From: an uncultured delta proteobacterium
GTDB lineage: Bacteria > Myxococcota_A > Polyangia > Polyangiales > Polyangiaceae
Assembly: GCA_963806225.1 (NCBI GenBank)
Contig: CAWDXG010000004.1
Span: 4,416,001-4,480,000, forward strand
Direction: 5' to 3'
DNA length: 64,000 nt
Below the pieces are notes generated by a model, which was not told where the DNA came from, made no database searches, and saw only the letters and a program-made list of their open reading frames with translations. The position numbers and the translations under genes are program-made. How positions within the stretch are numbered: the stretch's first letter is position 1; each line of letters begins with the position of its first letter. Shown here piece by piece: positions 17,401-27,430 of the stretch.

Positions 17401-19317
17401 ATGCTGGCTGCACGTTGTCCGCAATGTGGTGCACCGACGCCGGTGAGTGCGGCGAGGCCGGACCACCTGGATTGCGCGTACTGCTCGTACGTGGGGCCGC
17501 CACCGCCCGACGTGGAGGCGAGCCTGCGCGCGGCCGCTGCCGTGCTCGGCCGCATGCAGGCGCAGCGTCGCCAGCTGTCACAGTTCCAGCACCGCACGCT
17601 CGGGCGCATGGGTTGCTCGATGACGCTGTTCTTCGTGCTGCTCGGTGCGCTCGCGTTGCCCTTCGCGGTCTCCGCCGCGGCCTGCACCGCGATGCGCGAT
17701 CAGCTCGACACCTGGGTGCTCCTGTTGGTCGGTTTCGGGCCGCTCATCATGTTGCTGGCGTCGGGTGCTTTCGGTTGGTGGTGGATGCGGCGCTCGCGGG
17801 GGGCGCTGGAGCTCGCGTGCGCGGCGCAGCCACCCGCCGTGCGCGGGCGTCCGGCGTGCTGTCGGGTGTGCGGGGGCGATCTCGCTCCGGCGCCGGGGGC
17901 CGTCGTCGAGCGCTGCGGTTTCTGCGGCGCGGACAACGTCGTCTCCCAGGGCGCGATGCAGCGGCGCTGGTCCGAACAGCAGGTCGTGCTCGGCGGCTAC
18001 GAGCAGGCGGTGCGCGCGCGGGCGCAAGCGGCCGGCTCGAGCTCGTTGAATGCCACGCTGCTCGTGTTCCTGGTGGGGACCACAGCGCCGGTGCTCGTGA
18101 TGTTCGTCGGGTTCGCGGTTGCGATGGGGCTCGAGATGCACGAAAAGCCGGCGGACGTCTCGCAGCAGTACGTCGCGGTCGACACACCGCGCGGGAAGTG
18201 CCTGGCGCTGATCCAGCACTATCCGGGCGGCGTCGAAGCCTACGATTTCGAGGATGCGGCGCCGGTTGGAGTAGCGCCGCGCGCGCGGTTTTCACCTGGA
18301 AGCTTCAAGCCGATCGGGGTGAAGCAGCTGACCGGGCTGACGGTGCTGGACAAGGACGGGCTCGCTCGAAAGGTCAAGCGCGTGTACCGCACGTCGCTGC
18401 GGGAGGACGACAACCAGATCCAGCTCGTTTCGCGGGAGGGCGACTACCCGCCATCGAAGTCGGTCGTCGGCAGCTGCCTGGCCGGTGACAAGCCGCCGCT
18501 GCGCGTGTTGACCTATCAGGACCGCGGTGTTCCGCAGCTGGTGGCGCGGCCGGGCGGCGTGCTCGTGATCGGTTTTTCGGACGCGCTGTACACGGTGCAG
18601 GGCGCGACGGATCAGCGGCGGATCTGGAGGACGACAGGGGTGGACCACGTGCGCGCGATGCTCGCGGACACCAGCGCGGTCTATCTGGAGCTCGATAGAC
18701 AGCTGCTGCGCGTGACCCCCGACGGCAAGGCGGTGGCGCTCGCGAGCATGCCTTCGTACCTGGGCAAAGGCATCGCGCTCGACGGCGACACGCTCTACTT
18801 TGCGGCGGACGGCGGCGTGTCGCGCGTGCCACGGACCGGCGGCAAGGTGGAGCGCGCACTGGACGACATCGCGGCACGAGCGCTCGGCGCGGGGGGCGGG
18901 GCGCTCGCGTTGATCGACCCGCACAGTGACGTTGCCGTGCTGGCGGCGGGCGAGGACAAAGCCCGCACCGTCGGGCACGACGCGATGGCAGCTCGTGGCG
19001 TCGCGATCGCGGATGACCGGGTGTGGTGGGTCACGGCGGACAGCACGCTGGTGTCGTCGCCCGTCGCCGGCGGTGCGCTGAAGCAGTACGGCAAGCTGGA
19101 CGGAATCGACGGCGTGTTCAAGCTCCGCAATGGCGAGGTGTGGTGGACGCGTCGATGGCGTAGCGTCGAGAGTGCGTTGATGTCGCGCCCGCTGCCGGGC
19201 GGCCCTCTCGCGAATCACTCGCCCGGCGCGAAGAACGTCGATGCGTTCGGTTTCGACGGGGCAGACCTGTACTGGCTGGACGCCCGCCGGCACTGGTTGA
19301 TGCGACGGAAGCTGTAG
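17401..19317 (+). CDS. Hypothetical: two Zn-ribbons, TM segments and a C-terminal beta-propeller-like region
   Basis: CPQC/CAYC and CRVC/CGFC pairs; hydrophobic segments; repeated 'D-x-x-x-(L/V)YW/F' blades. Confidence 0.65.
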   Translation: MLAARCPQCGAPTPVSAARPDHLDCAYCSYVGPPPPDVEASLRAAAAVLGRMQAQRRQLSQFQHRTLGRMGCSMTLFFVLLGALALPFAVSAAACTAMRDQLDTWVLLLVGFGPLIMLLASGAFGWWWMRRSRGALELACAAQPPAVRGRPACCRVCGGDLAPAPGAVVERCGFCGADNVVSQGAMQRRWSEQQVVLGGYEQAVRARAQAAGSSSLNATLLVFLVGTTAPVLVMFVGFAVAMGLEMHEKPADVSQQYVAVDTPRGKCLALIQHYPGGVEAYDFEDAAPVGVAPRARFSPGSFKPIGVKQLTGLTVLDKDGLARKVKRVYRTSLREDDNQIQLVSREGDYPPSKSVVGSCLAGDKPPLRVLTYQDRGVPQLVARPGGVLVIGFSDALYTVQGATDQRRIWRTTGVDHVRAMLADTSAVYLELDRQLLRVTPDGKAVALASMPSYLGKGIALDGDTLYFAADGGVSRVPRTGGKVERALDDIAARALGAGGGALALIDPHSDVAVLAAGEDKARTVGHDAMAARGVAIADDRVWWVTADSTLVSSPVAGGALKQYGKLDGIDGVFKLRNGEVWWTRRWRSVESALMSRPLPGGPLANHSPGAKNVDAFGFDGADLYWLDARRHWLMRRKL

Positions 19318-19455
19318 CCGCGGAGTGGGTGGCGGTTCTTTCGCGTACACCGGCAGCACGATCGGCATGCCGAAGAGCACGATTGCCGGCGACGGCGCAG
19401 GGCGGCGCGGATACGCCTTCATTGCGGCGCGAGGACGCTGCGCGGGAGGTGCTTC

Positions 19456-20855
19456 ATGCGGACGGACACGCACACGACGGTCCTGGCGCTCGCTCTGCTG
19501 CTCTTCGCAGCAGGTTGCGGCTCGTCTGCGGGCGCGCAGGCGGGGGGAGGAGCGGGCACGGCCGGCACGGGGGGCACGGCGGGCAGGCGGATGCGGGCGG
19601 CACTGCGGGAGCGGGCGGTGCGGCCGGAGCGGGCGGCGCGCCGGCAGCCGTCATCGACCAGGTCGTCTCGACGCCGGCTTCGTCCGGTAGCGAACACGAG
19701 CCGTCGATCGCCGTGACGCCCGACGGCCGTGTCGTGACGGCGTGGATCGCCTTCGAGCCCACCAGCTACCAGATCGCGTACCGGGTCTCCCCCGACGACG
19801 GCAAGTCGTGGGGCGACATCCACCTGCTGCCGCTCGACGGCGACCAGAACATCGCCGCCAACACGTCCCTCTCCGCGGCGGACGACGGCACGGTGTATCT
19901 CGCCTACGGTGCCGAGCACGTGGACGCTTCGGGCAACCGCTCGAGCGTGGGCGTGTACCTCGCTACGCTCGACCCCGGCGCACAGAAGTTCGGCGCGCCC
20001 GTCGAGGTTACCGACCCGGGCGCGCCGGCGGGCGTCTACGATCAGCCCTTCGTTGCCGTCACCAGCCAGGGGCTGTTCCTCGGCTACGGCGAGTTCTCGA
20101 AGGACCTGACGACGGCCAAGCTCACGACGCGCTTCAGCCCCGACGGCGGCAAGAGCTGGTCGGTGTCGTCGCTGTCGCCGAAGAGCCCCTTCGGCTTCAT
20201 GAACGGCGTGCAGCTGTGTCGGCCGCCGTCTGGCGATCGCGCCTATCTGTATGCGGTCGATTCCGACGTTGGGCTGGCCCTGTGGACGAGCGACGACGGA
20301 GGCAAGAGCTGGTCGTCGCCGGTCCAGGTGGAAGCGAACGGCGAGCAGGGCGCGCTCACCTACATGCGCGAGGGCAACTGCGTCGCGGACGGCAACGACG
20401 TGTACATCCTGTACGGCCTGAGCGACGACCTGAGCCAGGTGAGCCACGGCCAGGTGGCGCCGCTGAACCGGCTCGTGCTGGCGCACTCGGCCGACGGTGG
20501 GAAGAGCATCGCGTCGCGGACCGATGTCGGCGACAAGTCCGCCGGCTCGCACTACCTCCTGTCGCGCCTCGCCTCGGAGGGCGGCGGCGTGCTCGACCTG
20601 ACCTACTATGCCGGCAAGAACGAGGGCGACGTGAAGGCGAGCTACCGCTTTGCCCGCTCCACCAACGGCGGCCACAGCTTCGCGCCGAGCTCCGCCGTCC
20701 GGCAGCCGCTGCTCTACGAGCTCCAGCGGACCACGGCGCAGTGGCTCGGCGACTACATGGGTCTCGTGTGGCAGGACGGGCGCTACTACTCGGCCTTCGT
20801 CGACAATAGCTCCCCGAGCTCGCACGTGGTGGTGCACGTGGCGCCCACGCCGTAA
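19456..20855 (+). CDS. BNR/Asp-box (sialidase-like) lipoprotein; frameshift near 19590
   Basis: Lipobox LLLFAAGC in one frame; five SxDGGKSW-type Asp boxes and WLGDYMG in the other. Confidence 0.8.
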
Positions 20856-20928
20856 CGGTTCTGTCGCCCGGAGCGCGTCAGCTTCCTCACGATCCCTGCG
20901 TACGGGCCGGATTTCCGGGGCCAGGGCG

Positions 20929-20944
20929 TGGCACGCGGTCTGCA
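20929..20944 (+). promoter_or_regulatory. Sigma54-type -24/-12 promoter
   Basis: TGGCACGCGGTCTGCA (GG-N10-GC), ending 11 nt before the AraC ATG. Confidence 0.6.
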
Positions 20945-20955
20945 TCCCGACGGGC

Positions 20956-21766
20956 ATGCTGCTCTCCGGGTTTGCCGTGCAGGATGTTCCGGTGACGCCG
21001 CGCGTGCGGGTGCGGAGCTGGCACCACCGCTGGGGTCCGACGTCGTTCTCCGCTGGAACGCACCGCGAGGTGGAGGTCGCCTGGACGCTCGAGGGGGCGG
21101 CCAGCTACCGCATCGTCGGCACGACGTACGAGGTGCCCGCCGGCTCCGGCATCGTCGTGCCGGCTGGGCTCGAGCACGCCACCAGTGTGACGCCCGGCGC
21201 GCGCGCCGGCTCGGCGTGGATCGCCAGCGAGCTGGTGTGTGGAGTGGCTGCCAGCATGGGGCGGAGCGCGTTCAGCCGTCCGACGCTGCTGGCCGACACG
21301 GAACAGGTCGCGCGCATCGGCGCGTTGCTCCAGACCGAAGCGGCCGAGCCGCGCGCCGGCCGGCTGGTGGCGGTGGAAGCGCTGGCGGAAGCGCTCGTGG
21401 TGGCCATCCTGCGCGCCGCGCCCCCCCGTGCCGCGGGCGCGCCACGGGATTCCGCGCATCTCCGCGGCTGTTGCACTGATGGAAAGCCGCTACGCCGAAC
21501 CCCTCGGCGTCGACGACCTGTCGCGCATCGCCGGCATCAGCCGCGCGCACTTCAGCCGCCGCTTCCGCGAAGCGTTGGGCTTGAGCCCGTACCAGTACCT
21601 CCAGCGCGTGCGCATCGACCGCGCGCGCGAGCTGCTCGGCCGCGGGCACGGGGTGACGGAAGCAGCGCTCTCGGTCGGCTACCGCGATCTCGGCAGATTC
21701 GCCCAGGCGTTCCGCCGGCAGGTGGGCTGCGCGCCGAGCGAGCTACGCCCCCGACACCCGGATTGA
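20956..21766 (+). CDS. AraC-family regulator (cupin + HTH); +1 frameshift near 21450
   Basis: Cupin (THREVE...VPAGLEH) in one frame; SRAHFSRRFR...VTEAALSVGY in another. CGGGATTCCG minus T gives RDPRI. Confidence 0.85.
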
Positions 21767-21925
21767 CCCCGGACAGGCTGCGTCGGCGCACCCCTCACGC
21801 AGGGTGGCCTGCGCGGCGGACAACTGCGCCAAATCATGCGGCGTCCGCGTTTCCCCTTGACCCCTGCCCGCAGGCGCTCGATATGAAGAAGAGCGCGCGC
21901 CGCGTCACCGTTGTCGAGACGTTCC

Positions 21926-22966
21926 ATGTCGAGCACGGGCCAACAACCGAGGTCGGACTACGTCGCGCTGGTGGAGGCCAGCTATCAGCTCGAGGGTGGC
22001 GACCAGGAGTGGCTGACGCGCATCTGCGACCAGGCTGCGCCGTCGTTCGACGTGGGTCTGGGTGTGTTCGCGTTCTGCTACGACCTGCGCTCGCAGACGG
22101 AGCGGATGCCGGTCATCACGGGGACGGGTCTCCCGCCGGAGCTTGGCGAGATGGTCGAGACGATGATCCGCAACTGTCCGCGGGAGGAGCTGCGCGCCTT
22201 CTGCGGCGAGCAGATCAACTGCGGGGCCGCGATGGACCGCTTTCGTGCGCAGAACCTCGACTACGACGAGCTCTTCGCGCGGTACGGCGCGCCGACCGGC
22301 CTCTGCGACGCGCGCTATGCGACGGTTCCCGCAGGCGAGGGCTTCGGGATCATGATCGGCGGCTACGCGGAAACTCGCGCCAGCGTTCCGCTGCGTACGC
22401 GGTCCATGTGGAGGCGTACGCTTTCGCACATCTCTCTCGGTCTGAGGCTCCGGCGTCTCCTGGCTGCGGACGACGGTGGCCCGGCCGACGGTGAGGCGGT
22501 GCTCCGCGCCGACGGCCGCGTCGAGCACGCGGAAGGGGAGACGAAGAGTCGATCCATGCGGGACGCGCTGCGTGATGCGGCGCGCCGCATCGATCGCGCG
22601 CGCGGGCGGCTCCGGCGCGAGGCGCCCGAAGAGTCGCTGGAGCTGTGGCGCGGTCTGGTGTCCGGGCGCTGGTCGCTCGTCGATCGCTTCGACTCCGACG
22701 GCCGTCGTTTCCTGGTCGCGCACAGGAACCCACCCGACGTCGTCGACGTGCGCCGGCTCAGCGCGCGTCAGAGGCAGATCGCGCGCTTGGTCGTGCGCGG
22801 ATATCCAGCCAAGCTGATCGCCTACCAGCTGGGGCTTTCCCGCTCTGCCGTCTCGTCACAGCTGACCCTGATCCGGCAGAAGCTGGGCGCTCGCAGCAAT
22901 GCCGAGCTCGTGCAGCTTCTGCAGTCCCTGGGCCAGTCGGGCAGCACGGGCGGAGGCGAGCCGTGA
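21926..22966 (+). CDS. LuxR-type C-terminal HTH regulator
   Basis: LSARQRQIARLV..G...KLIAYQLGLS..AV...L..IRQKLG. Confidence 0.85.
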   Translation: MSSTGQQPRSDYVALVEASYQLEGGDQEWLTRICDQAAPSFDVGLGVFAFCYDLRSQTERMPVITGTGLPPELGEMVETMIRNCPREELRAFCGEQINCGAAMDRFRAQNLDYDELFARYGAPTGLCDARYATVPAGEGFGIMIGGYAETRASVPLRTRSMWRRTLSHISLGLRLRRLLAADDGGPADGEAVLRADGRVEHAEGETKSRSMRDALRDAARRIDRARGRLRREAPEESLELWRGLVSGRWSLVDRFDSDGRRFLVAHRNPPDVVDVRRLSARQRQIARLVVRGYPAKLIAYQLGLSRSAVSSQLTLIRQKLGARSNAELVQLLQSLGQSGSTGGGEP

Positions 22967-23298
22967 GCCGTCGTGCGGCGAAACGCGTGGCTGCCCGCAG
23001 CGACAGCGCCCCGGCCCGGGATTTCCGCATCGCGCGGTTCAGCCTGGGTCCGGAAGAGTTCGCGGTGATCAGCCTTCCGATGCCGGACAGCGCCGCGCTT
23101 TCTTCACTGTCGAGCTCCGAGCGCGAAGTCGCGGCGCTCGCGCTCGCGGGTCGTTCCAACCGCAGCATCGCGGAGCAGCGCGGCACGTCCCCGCGCACCA
23201 TCGCCAACCAGATCCAATCCATCTACCGGAAGCTTGGCGTGGGGTCTCGCACGGAGCTCGCCGCCAGAGTCTCGGGCGGCAGCAATCCAGTCCGATGA
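22963..23298 (+). CDS. Small stand-alone LuxR HTH protein
   Basis: GTGA overlap with the upstream gene; LSSSEREVA...GRSNRSIAEQRGTSPRTIANQIQSIYRKLGV.SRTEL. Confidence 0.85.
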   Translation: MSRRAAKRVAARSDSAPARDFRIARFSLGPEEFAVISLPMPDSAALSSLSSSEREVAALALAGRSNRSIAEQRGTSPRTIANQIQSIYRKLGVGSRTELAARVSGGSNPVR

Positions 23299-23500
23299 CT
23301 CAGTATTGACAGGTGTGGTAGCCGGGGAGCCAGGAGGGGGCGTCCTTGCAGGTCAGTGGGGTGAACTCGACCGGACATGGATGGGTGTCGTTGGGATCGC
23401 AAATGGTCCCCGCCCCCGTCCGGACCGATCTGGAGCGCGCGCAGCGTCGGGTACCAGACGGGCCAAGCCCGACCCCCGACGGTCCCCACTCATTCGACGA

Positions 23501-23960
23501 TTAGGCCGGCGGCGCGTGGCTTTTGCAAGAAGTACGAGGTGCGTAGTCTACCGGCCGGCGGTCCCCGTGGCGACGGGCGGCGCCCGCGAAGCACGCGGCC
23601 TCGAGGACCGGCAGCGTCCAGCCCACGAACGATACGGGATCGAGCAGCGCGAGCGTGGCCTTGCCCGCAACGCCGATGGAGGCGACGCCGGTGATGACGA
23701 CGCCCGCCCACGAGTCGCGCGCCCGCGCGGCGCGCCGCCCCGATGAGCACGAGAAGGAAGCCCGCCGAGAGCGCGACGCGCGCGGCCCACGCGTAGAAAG
23801 GCAAAACGGCGAACGACGCCGCCACCGACGCCGCGAACGCCGGCACCGCGGCGGCCACCATCCTCCGCTCCCGTCCGGGCCCGAGCGCCGCCGCGAGCCA
23901 CACCGCCCCGAGCGCCCCGAGCAGGGCCTCGACGCGCGCGTTCCAGAGGATGGCCGGGTA
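23501..23960 (-). pseudogene. Membrane protein remnant split over two frames, possibly the oldest cassette of the array
   Basis: Hydrophobic stretches in two frames; TAA lies inside GCCTAAT (R''-like, 23506-23500). The 5' boundary is approximate. Confidence 0.4.
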
Positions 23961-23967
23961 GAGCCAG

Positions 23968-24541
23968 CTCGCGCGAGCGTTGGCTTGGGGAGGTTTGCGA
24001 CTGGGTGAGCGCGGAGCTGGCTGCTCGTGCAGACGCTTCCGTGAGCGGACAGGAGGTCGTGCGCGAACGACCGTGGTCGATCGTGGAGCGCTTCGACACC
24101 GATCGAGGCGCGTTCTACTTCAAGGCGTGCGCGTCCGGCGGCGCTCACGAGCCCGCGCTGCTCGAGTACCTCTCCGGGAGGTGGCCCACGGTCGTGATTA
24201 CGCCCATCGCGGTCAAGCCGGATGTCGGCTGGGCGTTGATGCGCGATGCCGGTCTGCCCGCGCGTCGGTCGGGCAGGGACCCCGCCGCCCTGTGGCCGGC
24301 GCTACTACCCGCGTATGCCACCGTCCAGATCGCTTCCGCAGACGATGTCGAGCTGCTGCTCGCCGCCGGCGTGCCCGATCGGCGTCTGCAACGATTGCCG
24401 GCGCTATTGTGCGATCTGCTCGCGCGACAGGACGCGATCCGCCTCGACTTGGCCGACGGCCTTGCCTCGTCGGAACGCGACGCGCTGCTCGAGGCCGTCC
24501 CCCTACTGGAGGCGCAGTGCGCCCGGCTGACTGCGGTCGGC
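23968..24541 (+). pseudogene. Truncated duplicate of the phosphotransferase gene (copy of 27439-28012)
   Basis: Near-identical over ~574 bp; lacks the start and the HGDLHDGN catalytic half. Confidence 0.9.
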
Positions 24542-24542
24542 C

Positions 24543-24668
24543 GTCGTCGAGGCTCTGCTCGAAGCCCGGCGCCGACATCCGACCTGGGGAGCCAAGAAGC
24601 TGCTGTGGCTCGTCGCCAAGAAGCACCCGGGCTGGCCGCTCCCAAGCAAGACCACTGTCTGCAACACC
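24543..24668 (+). mobile_element. Transposase fragment (IS481/IS3-like HTH region)
   Basis: Unlisted frame reads VVEALLEARRRHPTWGAKKLLWLVAKKHPGWPLPSKTTVCNT; it begins at the duplicate's breakpoint. Confidence 0.7.
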
Positions 24669-24688
24669 CGGGACGGCCGCTACTGTTA

Positions 24689-24979
24689 CTACGCTGCGGA
24701 GCTGAGGTTCTCGCGGATGATGCGCGGATGACGGGCTGCGATCCGGAGAAGCGCGATCGCCGGCCCCTCGGGACGCCGCCGTCCCTGCTCCCAGTTCCGC
24801 AGGGTGTGAACGCTGATGCCGACAGCCCGCGCGAACTGAGTTTGGCTCAGCCCGACGAACTTGCGCAACGCGACCACATCGTCGCCGGTTTCGAACACGC
24901 CAGCCACCAGCCGACGGCGGACGCGCGCAGGGATCGCCCTCGCAAAGTCGCGGTCGCTCAACTCGGGAATATCACTCAT
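24689..24979 (-). CDS. XRE/HTH antitoxin (HigA-like)
   Basis: LRKFVGLSQTQFA..VGISVHTLRNWEQGRRRPEGPA; overlaps the brnT stop. Confidence 0.85.
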   Translation of the reverse strand: MSDIPELSDRDFARAIPARVRRRLVAGVFETGDDVVALRKFVGLSQTQFARAVGISVHTLRNWEQGRRRPEGPAIALLRIAARHPRIIRENLSSAA

Positions 24980-25265
24980 GAGTACTCCTCCGGTACGCAG
25001 CAAACAGAGTGCGCTCGCGCTTGGACGCCCAGCGGGCGCTGAAGATCCGCACGGTGTCCTCGTCCTGTTCGGTGTGGACGACGAGCACAAGGCCACGCTT
25101 GACCGGGCCAATCGCGATGAATCGGTCCTCGTCGACCGAGTGCGCGTCGTCGAATAGCTCGAGGTACTCGACGCCAGAGGTGAACAGCTCGGCGGCCTCC
25201 TCGAAGGAGACGCCATGCTTCTTCTGGTTGGCGACGTTCTTGGCGGGGTCCCATGTGACCTCCAC
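24972..25265 (-). CDS. brnT: BrnT-family toxin
   Basis: WDPAKN..NQKKHGVSFEEA, HS.DEDRF..IG, RIFSAR.A...ER. Confidence 0.9.
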   Translation of the reverse strand: MEVTWDPAKNVANQKKHGVSFEEAAELFTSGVEYLELFDDAHSVDEDRFIAIGPVKRGLVLVVHTEQDEDTVRIFSARWASKRERTLFAAYRRSTHE

Positions 25266-25271
25266 CAGTCC

Positions 25272-25299
25272 ATAGTAAGCCAATGACGCAGTCAGTCAA
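25272..25299 (-). promoter_or_regulatory. Sigma70-type promoter for a leaderless brnT transcript
   Basis: TTGACT-16-TACTAT, then 6 nt to the GTG. Confidence 0.7.
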
Positions 25300-25317
25300 G
25301 GGCGGACCCAGCAGTCG

Positions 25318-25499
25318 GGCTAACGAACGAACCGGCCCTCAGCTGCGAGCGCCAGCCCAAACCTCTCCCGATGGTAGCACCTGTCAGGCGCGGCTCGCGA
25401 CGCTGCCTTCGTTCGATGGTCGCCGCGCGAGCCGCGCGAAACGGGATCACGCGGCCAGGCGGGACGACGGCGCTCGGCTGCTGCAGGGCCTTGATAGCC
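25318..25499 (-). repeat. Damaged attC (182 bp)
   Basis: Minus strand GGCTATC-AAGGCCCTGCAGCAGCCGAGCGCC...GGCGCTCGCAGCTGAGGGCC-GGTTC-GTTC-GTTAGCC; R'' has ATC instead of AAC, and GTTC is duplicated before R'. Confidence 0.8.
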
Positions 25500-25532
25500 A
25501 GCACCGTCGCGCTAGACTTGGCGAAGGCCATC

Positions 25533-25754
25533 GTGGATTTCGCGTTCACCGCAGTGTTCAAGAAGGTGCCAGAAGGCTACATCGCGTTCGTCGAGGAGCT
25601 ACCCGGTGCCAACACGCAGGGCGCAACTCTCGACGAGGCGCGGGAGAACCTCCGCGAAGCCGTGCAGCTCGTGATCGACGCCAATCGCGAGCTCGCCCGG
25701 GAAGACGCTGGGGACGACGTGATCCGCGAGTCGCTCAGGATCGCCAACGGGTGA
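25533..25754 (+). CDS. hicB: HicB-family antitoxin (antisense to the array)
   Basis: YIAFVEELPGANTQGATLDEARENLREAV. Confidence 0.9.
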   Translation: MDFAFTAVFKKVPEGYIAFVEELPGANTQGATLDEARENLREAVQLVIDANRELAREDAGDDVIRESLRIANG

Positions 25755-25942
25755 AGCGTCGCGATCTCATCCGACACCGCGAACAGCACGGATGCGAGCT
25801 GCTTCGGGAGGGCGGTAGCCATTCGGTCTACGTGAACCGAAAAGCGCGGAAGGCGTCCTCTGTCCCCCGGCATCGAGAGATCAACGAGCACCTGGCAAAG
25901 AAGATCTGCCAGGACCTGGATGTCCCGCCCCGGTCTGGCTAA
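25751..25942 (+). CDS. hicA: HicA-family toxin (antisense to the array)
   Basis: KRRDLIRH...GC.LLREGGSHS...VPRH.EI...LAKKIC; the TAA lies within the attC core GGCTAAC. Confidence 0.9.
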   Translation: MKRRDLIRHREQHGCELLREGGSHSVYVNRKARKASSVPRHREINEHLAKKICQDLDVPPRSG

Positions 25943-26088
25943 CGGACCGCCGCCAAGCAGCGGCCGCAACAGAATACCACGGGGCACCAGGTAGCGATGA
26001 CCGCGCCCGTGGTACCCCACCACGGGCGTGCGGAAGGACCTTGCAGCCAGAACGACGCGCGGCCGGCTGCTTCAGCAGCTTGTTGGGC
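25937..26088 (-). repeat. attC site (152 bp)
   Basis: Minus strand GCCCAAC-AAGCTG-CTGAAGCAGCCGGCCGC...GCGGCCGCTGCTTGGCGGC-GGTCC-GTTAGCC; close relative of 28420-28571. Confidence 0.9.
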
Positions 26089-26113
26089 GGCGTGGTGTCC
26101 CGTGTCGCGTGAC

Positions 26114-26630
<517 letters not shown>

Positions 26631-26685
26631 TCAAGCATCACGCGGCGGCAGACCGGCGCCGGACCCCCGCGTAGTGCTTCCGTCC

Positions 26686-26831
26686 GCCCAACGAATCGAA
26701 ATTCAGCTGCGAAGGCGCAGCATGACTTCCCCGGAGGGTACCACTTCACCAGGCTCGCGCGCCGCGGCGCGGAGCGGAATCACGCAGCGGGCAACGAGGC
26801 CGCCTTCGCCTGCTGCAATTTCCTGTTAGGC
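26686..26831 (-). repeat. attC site (146 bp)
   Basis: Minus strand GCCTAAC-AGGAAA-TTGCAGCAGGCGAAGGCG...CGCCTTCGCAGCTGAATTTC-GATTC-GTTGGGC; extrahelical G in L''. Confidence 0.92.
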
Positions 26832-27031
26832 GGCGTCGGCTCAACCGGCGGATCGGGAATGCCCAGGGAGCGGCAGATCTTGATCGCGAGTCGGTTGGAT
26901 ATCTCTGTGTGACGCGGCACCGCTTCGACGACGCCGTTCGCGGGATTGCACCACAAGGAATGGGAACCACCCTCGCGCTTGAGGTAGCAGCCGTGGAAGC
27001 GGAGGTGTCGTAGCAGCGTACTGCGCTTCAA
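26780..27031 (-). CDS. hicA: HicA-family toxin (C-terminus reads into the attC)
   Basis: KR..LLRHL..HGC.LKREGGSHS...VPRHTEI...LA.KICRSLGIP. Confidence 0.9.
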   Translation of the reverse strand: MKRSTLLRHLRFHGCYLKREGGSHSLWCNPANGVVEAVPRHTEISNRLAIKICRSLGIPDPPVEPTPPNRKLQQAKAASLPAA

Positions 27032-27243
27032 CCGACGGTCACCGTCTCGTGCACAGCGTCGTCGGGCAGACCGCGAAGCGCATCCTCACGGCGGTCCTGC
27101 AGAACGAGTGCAATCGCCTCGGCGAGGCTCGCGCGCGCTTCGTCCTTCGTCCGGCCCTGGCCGTTCGCGCCGGGCACTTCCGGGCAGTACGCGATAAACC
27201 AGTCGCCATCCCGTTCGAAGATGGCGGTGAACTCGTTGTGCAT
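27028..27243 (-). CDS. hicB: HicB-family antitoxin
   Basis: MHNEFTAIFERDGDWFIAYCPEVPGANGQGRTKDEARASLAEAI; TATACT lies 6 nt upstream of the ATG. Confidence 0.92.
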   Translation of the reverse strand: MHNEFTAIFERDGDWFIAYCPEVPGANGQGRTKDEARASLAEAIALVLQDRREDALRGLPDDAVHETVTVG

Positions 27244-27430
27244 GGCGACAGTATAGCGCAGTGGCGGCCGGCTCGCCTGCCCGCGTACGCTGTCTGCCGC
27301 CCCTGGGCGCGGGTTGGGCGCGGCGGGACCGTGGCGAAGTGGAGGTCCGGTACTCAAGGACCGCGACATCCTCGCCTCGTCGGGGTAGGCAAGGGGAGTG
27401 TTTGGCCGCGTCGCGACACGCGCTCCGTGG

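Noticed and set aside
24005..25042. 345-aa ORF as a full phosphotransferase
   Set aside because: Similarity ends at 24541, before the catalytic motifs; the remainder is off-frame IS sequence and antisense to the TA genes.
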